Below, piece by piece: positions 33,366 to 42,600 of a DNA stretch of 64,000 nt. Source of the DNA: an uncultured Actinomycetota bacterium (GTDB taxonomy: Bacteria > Actinomycetota > Actinomycetes > JAHEKZ01); assembly GCA_963743915.1 (NCBI GenBank), contig CAVURN010000003.1:543631-607630 (forward strand), in the 5' to 3' direction. Each line of letters starts with the position of its first letter. The stretch's first letter is position 1. The notes beneath the pieces are model-generated. The model was given only the letters and a program-made list of their open reading frames with translations. It was not told where the DNA came from and made no database searches. The position numbers and the translations under genes are program-made.

Positions 33366-33815
33366 ATGATCGACCCCCGTGGTCCGCGCTTCGCCGCGGC
33401 CGTCACCACCCTCGTCCTGGCCGTCGTGCTGCTCACGGGCAGCGTCTGGCTGCTCGCCGCGCAGACCGCCGTCTTCGCGGTGGGGGCCTTCGCCGGCTTG
33501 CACCGCAGCCCGTACGGCGTCGCCTTCCGCCGCTTCGTCCGCCCGCGGCTGGCCCCGCCGGCCGAGCTCGAGGCGTCCACCCCGCCCCGCTTCGCCCAGG
33601 GCGTCGGCTTCGCCTTCGGCCTGGTCGGCACGCTGGCGCTGGCGCTCGGCGCGTCCACCGTCGGTCTGGTCGCGGCCGGGCTGGCGCTCGCGGCGGCGTT
33701 CCTCAACGCCGCGTTCGGGTTCTGCCTGGGCTGCGAGATGTACCTGCTCGGACGCCGGCTGCTGCCCGCGCGTCCGGCCGTCGTGGCACCGGCCGTCGAG
33801 GAGGCCAGCGCATGA
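33366..33815 (+). CDS. DUF4395 membrane protein
   Basis: IDPRGPRFAA, PPRFAQGVG, LNAAFGFCLGC. Confidence 0.9.
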   Translation: MIDPRGPRFAAAVTTLVLAVVLLTGSVWLLAAQTAVFAVGAFAGLHRSPYGVAFRRFVRPRLAPPAELEASTPPRFAQGVGFAFGLVGTLALALGASTVGLVAAGLALAAAFLNAAFGFCLGCEMYLLGRRLLPARPAVVAPAVEEASA

Positions 33816-34651
33816 GCCGCTCCGACGTCCTGGTGGACGCCGACTGGGTCGAGGCGCACCTGGCCGACCCGTCGGTCGTGCTCGTCGAGGTGGACGAGGA
33901 CACCAGCGCCTACGAGAAGGGTCACATTCGCGGTGCCGTGCGGCTGGACTGGAAGCGCGACCTGCAGGACCCCGTCAAGCGTGACTTCGTCGACCGGCAG
34001 GCGTTCGAGGCGCTGCTGTCCGAGCGCGGGATCGCGAACGACCACACCGTCGTGCTCTACGGCGGCAACAACAACTGGTTCGCCGCCTACGCGTACTGGT
34101 ACTTCAAGCTGTACGGCCACGGCCCGGTGAAGCTGCTCGACGGTGGCCGCAAGAAGTGGGAGCTCGACTCACGCGAGCTGGTGTCCGACGTCCCGGATCG
34201 CGAGCCGACGCAGTACCGAGCCCGCTACCAGGACACCTCGATCCGGGCGTTCCGCGACGACGTGCTGTCCGCGATCGGCACGCACAACCTGGTCGACGTC
34301 CGCTCACCCGACGAGTACTCCGGACGCCTGCTCGCACCGGCGCACCTGCCGCAGGAGCAGTCGCAGCGTCCGGGGCACGTCCCGACCGCGGTGAACATCC
34401 CGTGGTCGAAGGCGGCCAACGAGGACGGCACGTTCCGCGACGACGGCGACCTCACGGCGCTGTACGAGGGAGCCGGTGTCGACCTCGGCAAGGACACCAT
34501 CGCCTACTGCCGGATCGGTGAACGGTCGGCCCACACGTGGTTCGTGCTGCACGAGCTGCTGGGCGTCGAGAACGTGAAGAACTACGACGGCTCGTGGACC
34601 GAGTACGGGTCGCTGGTCGGCGTCCCGATCGAGCTCGGCGACGGGTCGTAG
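33812..34651 (+). CDS. cysA: Thiosulfate sulfurtransferase (rhodanese)
   Basis: VEVDED, YCRIGERS and NYDGSWTEYG motifs. Confidence 0.93.
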   Translation: MSRSDVLVDADWVEAHLADPSVVLVEVDEDTSAYEKGHIRGAVRLDWKRDLQDPVKRDFVDRQAFEALLSERGIANDHTVVLYGGNNNWFAAYAYWYFKLYGHGPVKLLDGGRKKWELDSRELVSDVPDREPTQYRARYQDTSIRAFRDDVLSAIGTHNLVDVRSPDEYSGRLLAPAHLPQEQSQRPGHVPTAVNIPWSKAANEDGTFRDDGDLTALYEGAGVDLGKDTIAYCRIGERSAHTWFVLHELLGVENVKNYDGSWTEYGSLVGVPIELGDGS

Positions 34652-34659
34652 GGGGCGGC

Positions 34660-34953
34660 ATGTGCGGAGCAGTGGCCGGAGGGCCCGACATCTTCGGCGT
34701 CGACGCCACCAAGGAGGCGGTGATCCAGGGCGTCGTCACGCGTGACGGCGAACCCGTCTCGCCCGCCTACGTGAGGCTGCTGGACGCGTCCGGCGAGTTC
34801 ACCGCGGAGGTGCCGACATCGACGTCCGGCGAGTTCCGCTTCTTCGCCGGGCCCGGCCCGTGGACGGTGCGGGTGCTGGCAGCTGGGGGGACCGCTGACC
34901 GCACCGTCCACGCGTCCGTGGGGCAGGTGGCCGACCTCGCCGTCACGCTGTAG
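34660..34953 (+). CDS. sseC: DUF1416 / SseC family protein
   Basis: YVRLLDASGEFTAEV..GEFRFFA; follows cysA. Confidence 0.88.
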   Translation: MCGAVAGGPDIFGVDATKEAVIQGVVTRDGEPVSPAYVRLLDASGEFTAEVPTSTSGEFRFFAGPGPWTVRVLAAGGTADRTVHASVGQVADLAVTL

Positions 34954-34972
34954 CGGTCGCGCAGGCGCGCAT

Positions 34973-35032
34973 TGGAGGATTCCTTGCGGTTTCAGGCACT
35001 GCGCGGCGTCCAAAGCGCAGGTGATCCTCCGA
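34973..35032 (+). repeat. REP-like 60-bp palindrome family 1, copy A
   Basis: TGGAGGATTCCTTGCGGTTT...AAAGCGCAGGTGATCCTCCGA. Confidence 0.8.
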
Positions 35033-36098
35033 ACCATCGCGACACGGCGACCCTCTGGACGGGGTAGCCGGCTCGAGCCAAGCGATCGACTTCCGCGACG
35101 ACTCGTGGGGGCAGCTCGATCCCCAGGGGCTGTGGCACGTCGACGGTCACGCCGACCGGCCAGCGGAAGCCGCTCGCGCGCTGCTTGCCGACCGCTCGGT
35201 GGTAGCGGCGCTCGAGGGCCGCACCGTCGTCGGCGACTTCGGGCCACCCCCAGCGGGGGACCGCGAACCCGAGCTCCTCCAACCAGTCGTGTCGGCGTTT
35301 CTCGTCCCAGATGACCTCGGAGGCGTTCTCGTTCGCGTACTTGCCGTTGCCGTCCGCCTCCCCGACGACGCCGTCCTCGACCCAGAGCTTGTCCACCCGG
35401 GCGACGCGCCCCCCTTTCCTGATCACGACGTTGCACAAGGGGAGCGGCAGGCCGAGCTCGATGACCCGTCCCCGGGACAGGGACTCCAACGGAGACTCGG
35501 ACGCGGGGTCGCCTGCCGTGAGCGCCAAGCGGGCTCGGTCGACACCGGCGAAGGTGCCTCGCTGCTCGAGCGCGGTCTGAAGCCGTCCGAGCGGAAGACC
35601 CCGCCGCAGGGCGGCGTCGAGGGTGATGAGTGCGTCCGGTAGTGGGACAACAGACGCGACGTCAACCACGGTGTGGGCCAGGCTCAGCGTGGCGAGCGCT
35701 TGTCGCCGACAGATGTGCTCCCGGTCGAGGGCGCGTCGCTGGACGGACGCCGAGGTCAGGGGGGACGCGTCGGGGCCACGGATCACCGCTGGCTTGCTCG
35801 GGATGCTCCGCACCGGAAGTCCCCAGCTGATCGCCGAGGTGGCCGCCCGCGCGACGCTGTCCGGCGCCGACAGCTGCACACCCAGCAGGCGCATCAGATG
35901 ACGCTGCTGTGCAGTGGCGGCGGACCAGCGGTCGCTGTCGACCAGGCAGCCGGGGGCGACGCGGATGAGACGCCCGCGGCGCACCCACGTGGCGATCGTC
36001 CGGTCGCTGACGCCCACTGTGTGCAGCTGCGCCCGGGTGACGACGCCGTGCTGGCCGTCGAGCAGGCACCGCACCGCGTCCGTGAGAGATCGAGCCAT
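34992..36098 (-). CDS. AbiEi-like wHTH plus DUF559/PD-(D/E)xK-like nuclease domain protein
   Basis: QHGVVTRAQL..RRGRLIRV (AbiEi N-terminus); SESPLES; ARVD..W..GEADG.GKY; EKRRHDWL..LGF.V.RW. Confidence 0.82.
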   Translation of the reverse strand: MARSLTDAVRCLLDGQHGVVTRAQLHTVGVSDRTIATWVRRGRLIRVAPGCLVDSDRWSAATAQQRHLMRLLGVQLSAPDSVARAATSAISWGLPVRSIPSKPAVIRGPDASPLTSASVQRRALDREHICRRQALATLSLAHTVVDVASVVPLPDALITLDAALRRGLPLGRLQTALEQRGTFAGVDRARLALTAGDPASESPLESLSRGRVIELGLPLPLCNVVIRKGGRVARVDKLWVEDGVVGEADGNGKYANENASEVIWDEKRRHDWLEELGFAVPRWGWPEVADDGAALERRYHRAVGKQRASGFRWPVGVTVDVPQPLGIELPPRVVAEVDRLARAGYPVQRVAVSRWFGGSPALWTPRSA

Positions 36099-36209
36099 CG
36101 AGCGAGCGTCACAGCACCCGGCGACGCCCGTTCTCTCGACGCCGCCCGCTGTGGACGGAGACGGCGGGTGTGGGCTGTGGACCGTCCAGCGGCGCAGTGT
36201 CGTCGTCGA

Positions 36210-36269
36210 TCGGAGGTTCGCCTGCGGTTTTGCGGCTCCGGACGGCCTCGAACCGCACGGAATCCTCCA
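36210..36269 (-). repeat. REP-like 60-bp palindrome family 1, copy B (inverted relative to A)
   Basis: Reverse complement TGGAGGATTCCGTGCGGTTC...AAACCGCAGGCGAACCTCCGA matches copy A. Confidence 0.8.
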
Positions 36270-36337
36270 TTGCAGGATCGTGGACGCCGGGGAGGTGCTG
36301 CGACAGTTCCGGCGGCTCTGTGCCGATACTGGAGCGC

Positions 36338-37120
36338 ATGGAGCAACACGAGCGACACGAGGACCTCGACCGACGCGCCTTCCTCACGCGCGCCGGGCTC
36401 GTCGGCGCCGCAGCGGCGTCCGGGGCCCTGGCGTGGACGGGCGCGGCGCAGGCCGGCGACGGGATCACCAGCCCGCTGAAGGTGGTCATCGGCGAGTCCA
36501 CGCGCGGGCGTCCGATCCGGGCGTATCTGATCGGCAACCGCCAGGCGCGCAACCGCTACGTGGTCCTGGGACAGATGCACGGCGACGAGCCGGCGGGCCC
36601 GTACGTGGTGCTCAACCGGCTGCTCGACGCCGCTCCGCTCGAGGACTTCGCTCTCTGGCTGATCCCCACCATCAACCCTGACGGACGCGTCCGCGGCACG
36701 CGTACGAACGCGCGCGGCGTCGACCTCAACCGCAACTTCCCGAGCCGCACGTGGGTCTACAACGGTGCCGGGACGCGCTACTTCTCCGGGCCGCGTCCGG
36801 CCAGCGAGCCCGAGACCCGCGCGTTGGTGCGCTTCCTCACGCGCGTCGAGCCGCAGACGGTCATCTCGCTGCACCAGCCACTGGCGTCGGTCGACTTCTC
36901 GGGGGGCGACGAGGAGGTCACGCGCTGGCTCGCGCGCAACCTCCGGCTGCCGGTGGCGAACATCCAGGTGTCCGGTGGCGGCACGATGACCAGCTGGTTC
37001 AACCGCGAGTACCGCCGGCGGACCGCCGTCACCGTCGAACTGCCCCCGTCCACCACGCCCGAGTACCGCAAGAGGGTGGCCGAGGTGCTGCTGCTGCACG
37101 CCGAGCGTCGCCGCGTCTAG
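36338..37120 (+). CDS. Tat-exported M14 zinc carboxypeptidase (MpaA-like)
   Basis: DRRAFL Tat motif; HGDE, NPDG, VDLNRNF, SEPET, ISLH. Confidence 0.88.
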   Translation: MEQHERHEDLDRRAFLTRAGLVGAAAASGALAWTGAAQAGDGITSPLKVVIGESTRGRPIRAYLIGNRQARNRYVVLGQMHGDEPAGPYVVLNRLLDAAPLEDFALWLIPTINPDGRVRGTRTNARGVDLNRNFPSRTWVYNGAGTRYFSGPRPASEPETRALVRFLTRVEPQTVISLHQPLASVDFSGGDEEVTRWLARNLRLPVANIQVSGGGTMTSWFNREYRRRTAVTVELPPSTTPEYRKRVAEVLLLHAERRRV

Positions 37121-37121
37121 C

Positions 37122-37679
37122 TCAGTGCACGAAGACCTTCAGCAGCAGGATCAGCACACCGAAGGACCCGACGATCAGCGCGTTCAGCAGGATGCTGAGA
37201 GCCCCGCGGCCCTCCCGCACCCCGAGCAGCACGCCGTAGACGAACAGCGCGCCGATGCCGACACCCACCGCCAGGTAGGACGCGGTGTCGCGCGAGATCC
37301 AGCCGAACGCCCCGAGCAGCAGCGGCACGAGGATCGGCACCGACGACTGGAGCATCGGCCACTCGGCGGCGGCGATGGCGCGCACCTCGGCGGCCGTCAG
37401 GTGGCGTCGAGCCACCATGCGGGCGGCCACGACGAGCGAGTAGACGTGGGCCAGGTAGAAGACGGCTGACGTGACGACGACGATGAGGATCGACTTCTCG
37501 AGCTTCTCGGGGCTGTGCCCGAGGGCGGCGACGACCGTGCTCGCCAGGATCGTTCCGTAGATCGCGCCGGCGATCGCGTGGGCCTCGTGCTCGGCCCGTC
37601 GCAGCTGCTCGTGGTCGACGACGTCCTCGTCGGGCACGCCGATGACGTCCTCGATCTCGTGGTCGAACTGCTCGCTCAC
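37122..37679 (-). CDS. Hypothetical membrane protein
   Basis: AIYGTIL, FYLAHVYS, ends LKVFVH; several TM helices. Confidence 0.7.
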   Translation of the reverse strand: MSEQFDHEIEDVIGVPDEDVVDHEQLRRAEHEAHAIAGAIYGTILASTVVAALGHSPEKLEKSILIVVVTSAVFYLAHVYSLVVAARMVARRHLTAAEVRAIAAAEWPMLQSSVPILVPLLLGAFGWISRDTASYLAVGVGIGALFVYGVLLGVREGRGALSILLNALIVGSFGVLILLLKVFVH

Positions 37680-37793
37680 CGGTGGTCGGCTCCGATTTCT
37701 ACGCCAGGTCGCCAGGATGCCCTGTTCGCCGGCGTGAGTGTGGCGGTCTGGCGTTGGGGGGCGGCGGCTGATCCCGCCTCGTAGGATGGTCCC

Positions 37794-37895
37794 ATGCTCG
37801 AAGTCGTCTACACCGGCCTGCTGGTCGTCGTGTCCCTGCTGATCGCGTGGTTCTCGTTCTACGTGGTCTACAAGCTCTACAAGGGACAGGGCTAA
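37794..37895 (+). CDS. Small single-TM protein (33 aa)
   Basis: MLEVVYTGLLVVVSLLIAWFSFYVVYKLYKGQG; high GC3; TAGGAT-N6-ATG leaderless start; 7 nt before the FABP gene. Confidence 0.72.
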   Translation: MLEVVYTGLLVVVSLLIAWFSFYVVYKLYKGQG

Positions 37896-37902
37896 GCCCG
37901 CA

Positions 37903-38397
37903 GTGTTCGAGATCCCGGCCGACCTCGCTCCGGAGTGTGCGCCGGTCGCCTGGATGCTCGGCACATGGCGCGGTGAGGGCGTAGGCGGCTACCCCACGAT
38001 CGACGACTTCCGCTTCGCGCAGGAGGTCACCTTCGAGCAGAACGGCAAGCCGTTCCTCGCCTACCGCTCGCGCAGCTGGCTGCTGGACGCCGACGGCAAC
38101 CGCGTCCGCCCCACCGCCGCCGAGACCGGCTTCTGGCGCCCGCAGCCCGAGGGACGCCTCGAGGTGCTGCTCGCGCACCCCACCGGCTACTCCGAGATCT
38201 GGGAGGGCACGGTCGACGGCCCGCGGGTCGAGATCCACACCGACCTGGTCGCGCGCACGTCGTCCGCCAAGGAGTACACCGCCGGGCACCGGCTCTACGG
38301 CCTCGTCGAGGGCGACCTGATGTGGGCGTTCGACATGGCGGCGATGGGCGAGGCGCTGCAGCCGCACCTGTCGGCGCGGCTGGCGCGTGTGGAGTGA
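37903..38397 (+). CDS. FABP-like/nitrobindin heme-binding beta-barrel protein (Rv0813c-like)
   Basis: WMLGTWRGEG.GGYPTI, ETGFWR, HLSARL. Confidence 0.88.
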   Translation: MFEIPADLAPECAPVAWMLGTWRGEGVGGYPTIDDFRFAQEVTFEQNGKPFLAYRSRSWLLDADGNRVRPTAAETGFWRPQPEGRLEVLLAHPTGYSEIWEGTVDGPRVEIHTDLVARTSSAKEYTAGHRLYGLVEGDLMWAFDMAAMGEALQPHLSARLARVE

Positions 38398-38828
38398 GCC
38401 GCGACGACTGGCACACCGAGCTGCGCTCGCGCGGCTACCGGCTGACGCCGCAGCGGCAGATGGTGCTGGACGCCGTGCGCGACCTCGGGCACAGCACGCC
38501 GGACGAGATCGCCAGTGCGGTGCGGCAGCAGGCGCCCTCGGTGAACCTCTCGACGGTGTACCGCACCCTCGACCTGCTCGAGCAGGTCGGCCTGGTGACC
38601 CACACCCACCTCGGCCACGGCGCTCCGACCTATCACGCGGCCGACGGCGACGACCACGTCCACCTGGTCTGCCAGCAGTGCGGGCACATCGAAGCGGTGC
38701 CCGCGGCGCTGGTCGAGCCGCTGGTGGGAAGTTTGCGGGAGGCGCAGGGGTTCGAGGTGAATGTGGCGCACGTCGCGATGCACGGACGGTGCGCGGACTG
38801 TGCCGCAGCAGACAAGGAGCCCACGTGA
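38394..38828 (+). CDS. nur: Fur-family regulator, Nur-like
   Basis: RGYRLTPQRQ, STVYRTL, HTHLGHGAPTYH, HLVCxxC; resembles Streptomyces Nur, with the same synteny. Confidence 0.8.
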   Translation: MSRDDWHTELRSRGYRLTPQRQMVLDAVRDLGHSTPDEIASAVRQQAPSVNLSTVYRTLDLLEQVGLVTHTHLGHGAPTYHAADGDDHVHLVCQQCGHIEAVPAALVEPLVGSLREAQGFEVNVAHVAMHGRCADCAAADKEPT

Positions 38829-39736
38829 TCCAGAACGCGATCGCGCCGCCCGAGGGCTCGCTGGACGCCGGGGTGGCCTGGCACTACGGCGACCCGCTCG
38901 GCGAGCAGCGGCAGCTCGACCGCGGCGAGGGCTACGTCGACCTCTCGCACCGGCCGGTGGTCGAGGTCGCGGGCGAGGACCGGCTGACCTGGCTGCACAC
39001 GCTCACCTCGCAGCACCTGTCGGCGCTGCCTCCTGGCCAGTGGACGCAGGCGCTCATCCTCGACGCGAACGGGCGGGTCGAGCACCACCTCGACCTCGTC
39101 GACGACGGCGAGCGCGTGCTGATGCACGTCGAGCCCGGCACCGTCGACGACCTCATGGGCTACCTGCAGAAGATGGTGTTCTGGTCCAAGGTCGAGCTCC
39201 GCGTGCGTGACGACCTCGGCACCGTGTGGCGTCCCGGCCCCGCGGGCATGGACGGCGCCGACGGGTTCGCCTTCGTCCCGCGCGACGCGGTCGCGGCGAC
39301 GGACGGGCCGGCAGCCGGCACCTGGGCGTACGAGGCGCTGCGCGTGGCGGCCGGACGCCCGCGGCTCGGCTTCGAGACCGACCACCGCACGATCCCCGCG
39401 GAGGTCAACTGGATCGGCGTCGCGGTGCACCTCGACAAGGGCTGCTACCGAGGGCAGGAGACCGTCGCGCGGGTGCACAACCTCGGCAAGCCGCCGCGGC
39501 GTCTGGTGCGGCTGCACCTCGACGGCAGCGACGAGCAGCTGCCGTCGCGCGGTGACGCGCTGGTGCTCGAGGGCCGCACGGTGGGCTTCGTCGGGACGGT
39601 GGTGCAGCACTACGAGCTCGGTCCGGTCGCCCTCGGCCTGGTGAAGCGTCAGCTGCCGGACGACGCTCCGGTGCGGGCGGCGTCCCGTGACGGCGACGCC
39701 GTCGTCGAGCGACCCGTGACGCTGGAGACCGTGTAG
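38825..39736 (+). CDS. ygfZ: Folate-binding protein YgfZ
   Basis: WHYGDP and KGCYRGQE signature. Confidence 0.92.
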   Translation: MIQNAIAPPEGSLDAGVAWHYGDPLGEQRQLDRGEGYVDLSHRPVVEVAGEDRLTWLHTLTSQHLSALPPGQWTQALILDANGRVEHHLDLVDDGERVLMHVEPGTVDDLMGYLQKMVFWSKVELRVRDDLGTVWRPGPAGMDGADGFAFVPRDAVAATDGPAAGTWAYEALRVAAGRPRLGFETDHRTIPAEVNWIGVAVHLDKGCYRGQETVARVHNLGKPPRRLVRLHLDGSDEQLPSRGDALVLEGRTVGFVGTVVQHYELGPVALGLVKRQLPDDAPVRAASRDGDAVVERPVTLETV

Positions 39737-39747
39737 GCAACCGCACA

Positions 39748-39803
39748 GCACACCTTTGGGGTGACTCGTCCGGGTCATGACCCGGACGAACTTCCCCGAA
39801 GAC
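39748..39803. repeat. REP-like palindrome family 2, copy 2
   Basis: GCACACCTTTGGGG..TCGTCCGGGTCATGACCCGGACGA..CCCCGAAG; matches reverse complement of 19115-19170. Confidence 0.75.
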
Positions 39804-39839
39804 GTGCAGTTGCCGTGCGTGCTCGGTGGGGATGGGAGG

Positions 39840-41627
39840 ATGGGGCGTGTGACGCGCCGATCCCGCCTGCTGCTCGGCGCGCTCGTGGTGGTGGTGCTGC
39901 TCGGGGTGGCCGCCCTCTGGATCGTCGTCCGGGCCCAGCAGGCCGCTGACGCGCTGAGCAGCGCGCGCACCGGAGTCACGCAGATCCGCGAGAACCTCTC
40001 CGCCGGACGCCCCGACCCGGTGCAGCAGCAGCTGGCGGTCGTGCAGGCCGACACCGCCCGCGCGGTGGACGTGACCAGCGACCCGGTGTTCCGCATCGCC
40101 GCGCAGATCCCGGTCCTCGGCGCCTCGCCCGCGGCGGTCCGCGACGTCGCCGAGGCGGCGGACGCGCTGGCGCAGGACGCCCTGCCCGACCTGCTCGAGG
40201 CGGGCACCGCGCTCAACCCGGACGGCATCCGCCTCGAGGGCGACCGGCTCAACCTCGCCGCGTTCGAGGCGGCGACGCCGCCGCTGCAGGACGCCGTCGC
40301 GTCGCTGAGCGCGATCTCCGCCGACGTCGCCGCCATCGACACCGCCGGGACGCCGGGCCGGGTGAAGGACGCCGTGAACGGCCTGCAGGACGACCTCGAC
40401 GACGCGCTCTCCGAAGCCGAGTCGGCGCGCCGGGGCGCGGAGCTGATCCCACCGATGCTGGGCGGCGACGAGACGCGTCGCTACTTCCTCGCGCTGCAGT
40501 CCAACAACGAGGCGCGCGGGACCGGCGGGTTCTTCGGGTCGTTCGGCGTCATCACCGCCGACGACGGCAAGGTCGACGTGCGCCAGCTCGCCCCGCGCTC
40601 CGTGCTCTACGACCAGACGTACGACCAGGTGCCGCTGGACTTCGGGCCCGACTACGCCGCGCTCTACGGCGACGACCCGGCCAGCTGGGCGAACGCGAAC
40701 CTCTCGCCGCACTACCCGTACGCCGCGCAGCTCTGGCTGAAGATGTGGCGCGACCGCACCGGCGAGCAGCTCGACGGCGTGGTCACGACCGACCCGGTGG
40801 CGCTGTCGTACCTGCTCGAGGCGACCGGGCCGGTCACCATGCCGGACGGCCGGGTGATCTCGGCGGACAACGTCGTCTCCTTCACCGAGAACGAGATCTA
40901 CTTCCTCATCCCCGACGACGACGCCGCGCGCGACCAGTACCTGCAGCAGGTGGCCGAGGCGTCCCTGAAGGCGGTGCTCTCCGGCGAGGCCGACCCGCGC
41001 GCCCTGCTGGACGCCCTCGGCCGCGCGGCCGGCGAGCGGCGGCTGCTGGTGTACTCCGATCGGGTGAACGAGCAGGCCGAGCTCGCGGCGTCCGCGATCG
41101 GTGGGGCGCTCCCGGGCGACGCCGGGCCGTTCGCCGGGCTCGCCACCATCAACGGCGGCGGCAACAAGCTCGACTACTACCTCGACCAGGGGCTCAGCTA
41201 CCGGGTGGTGGGCTGCCTGCCGGACGGCGGGCGGCGGGTCGAGATCACCGCGACGTACAAGAACACGGCTCCCGGCGACGGCTCCCTGCCCCTGTACATC
41301 GACGCGCGGGGGGACCGGCCGCTGACGCCGGAGGGGCTGCCGCCGAGCGGCAACGGGGACCACTTCTTCTTCACCCAGGTCTACGCGACCGCCGAGTCTT
41401 CGCTGGTCAGCGCGGTGCGGGACGGCAAGCCGATCGCCATGGAGCAGGGCCGCGAGCAGGGGCACCGGGTCTTCCGGGCGGGCCTGGAGGTCAAGGCGGG
41501 GGACTCCACCCGCGTGGTGCTGACCGTGGACGAGCCGCCCACGTCCGGCGAGCTGCGGACCTTCGTGACGCCCCTGGTCAAGCCGGTCTCGGTGGATGCC
41601 GACATCACGGAGTGCGGCGGCGACTAG
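39840..41627 (+). CDS. DUF4012 domain membrane-anchored protein
   Basis: N-terminal TM; RRYFLALQSNNEARGTGG, NLSPHYP, DGVVTTDP, NKLDYYL. Confidence 0.88.
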   Translation: MGRVTRRSRLLLGALVVVVLLGVAALWIVVRAQQAADALSSARTGVTQIRENLSAGRPDPVQQQLAVVQADTARAVDVTSDPVFRIAAQIPVLGASPAAVRDVAEAADALAQDALPDLLEAGTALNPDGIRLEGDRLNLAAFEAATPPLQDAVASLSAISADVAAIDTAGTPGRVKDAVNGLQDDLDDALSEAESARRGAELIPPMLGGDETRRYFLALQSNNEARGTGGFFGSFGVITADDGKVDVRQLAPRSVLYDQTYDQVPLDFGPDYAALYGDDPASWANANLSPHYPYAAQLWLKMWRDRTGEQLDGVVTTDPVALSYLLEATGPVTMPDGRVISADNVVSFTENEIYFLIPDDDAARDQYLQQVAEASLKAVLSGEADPRALLDALGRAAGERRLLVYSDRVNEQAELAASAIGGALPGDAGPFAGLATINGGGNKLDYYLDQGLSYRVVGCLPDGGRRVEITATYKNTAPGDGSLPLYIDARGDRPLTPEGLPPSGNGDHFFFTQVYATAESSLVSAVRDGKPIAMEQGREQGHRVFRAGLEVKAGDSTRVVLTVDEPPTSGELRTFVTPLVKPVSVDADITECGGD

Positions 41628-41743
41628 CCCCGGCGTGCCCGCATGACGCTAGGCTAGGGAAGCCGACGGCCGGGACTCCCGGTCGACCGTTTACGACTGC
41701 TCGGGGATGCGCAACCCCGGGCTGCAACAGATGGGGGTGCGGA

Positions 41744-42329
41744 GTGATCGGCACCAAGACGCGTCGTGGCATGGCCTTCGTGGCCATCGCCGCCGTCCTG
41801 TTCATGCCGCTCGGCCTCGCGCCGGCGCATGCCGACCCCGACTACCCGCCGTCGTTCTACAAGATCACCGCCGAGCGGTACACCGCCACCATCGGCCAGC
41901 GGATCCAGTTCACCGCCCAGACCTTCCGCTCCGGCTCCACGGTGACGGTCGACGTCACCGAGTCCGGTGCGCCGTCCGCCGACAGCGCCACCGTCACGGC
42001 CAACCGCAAGGGCATCGCGAAGGCGTCGGTCACCTTCACCGTCGAGGGCATCAACACGGTGACGATGTCCGGCACCGCCGACGACGGCCGCCCGCTCGCG
42101 CTGGCCGCTGACATCACGGTCACCGCCGAGAACGTCGAGCCGGTCAACGGCAACGGCGGTTCCGGCGACAACGCACGGCGGGAACGACTCCGCCGGTGGC
42201 ATCCCGATCCTCGGGGGCGGCCTGCCGCGCACCGGTGGCGAGATCGCCGGCACCGCGCTGGTGGCGGCTGTCCTGATCGGTCTCGGTGCACTGCTGGTGG
42301 TCTTCACCCGTCGCCGCCGCACCAGCTGA
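41744..42329 (+). CDS. Secreted LPXTG sortase-anchored surface protein (frameshift near 42175)
   Basis: Signal peptide; shifted frame ends GLPRTGGEIAGTALVAAVLIGLGALLVVFTRRRRTS. Confidence 0.82.
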
Positions 42330-42600
42330 CACCCCGCTGACCTCACAGCCCGCCGAGTGCTGGGCTGGTTGACGCCACAGCCCGTCGAGTGTCCCCTTGG
42401 GTGACCTCAGCCTGTCGGTTGCGTCCGTTGAAGCGATACTCACGCTTTCGGGGGCCCCGAGCCCGTCGAATGGTGAGTATCGCTCCAATCGACGGCGTGG
42501 GGATTCCGGAACCCTTCATACCCAGTGGACGTTCCCGGTTGATTGTGTCGTCGGCTGGCGTCTAGGCCCCATTAGTGTCCCGGTCACCGAGTGTGGCTCC

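Noticed and set aside
34973-36269. Classical IS element or type IV toxin-antitoxin pair
   Set aside because: No DDE or HUH transposase motif, no target-site duplication seen, and no adjacent AbiEii nucleotidyltransferase.
42330-42600. Possible ncRNA or CRISPR-like repeats (two CACAGCCCG-CGAGTG units)
   Set aside because: Only two short degenerate copies, no regular spacers, no cas genes and no recognisable RNA family.
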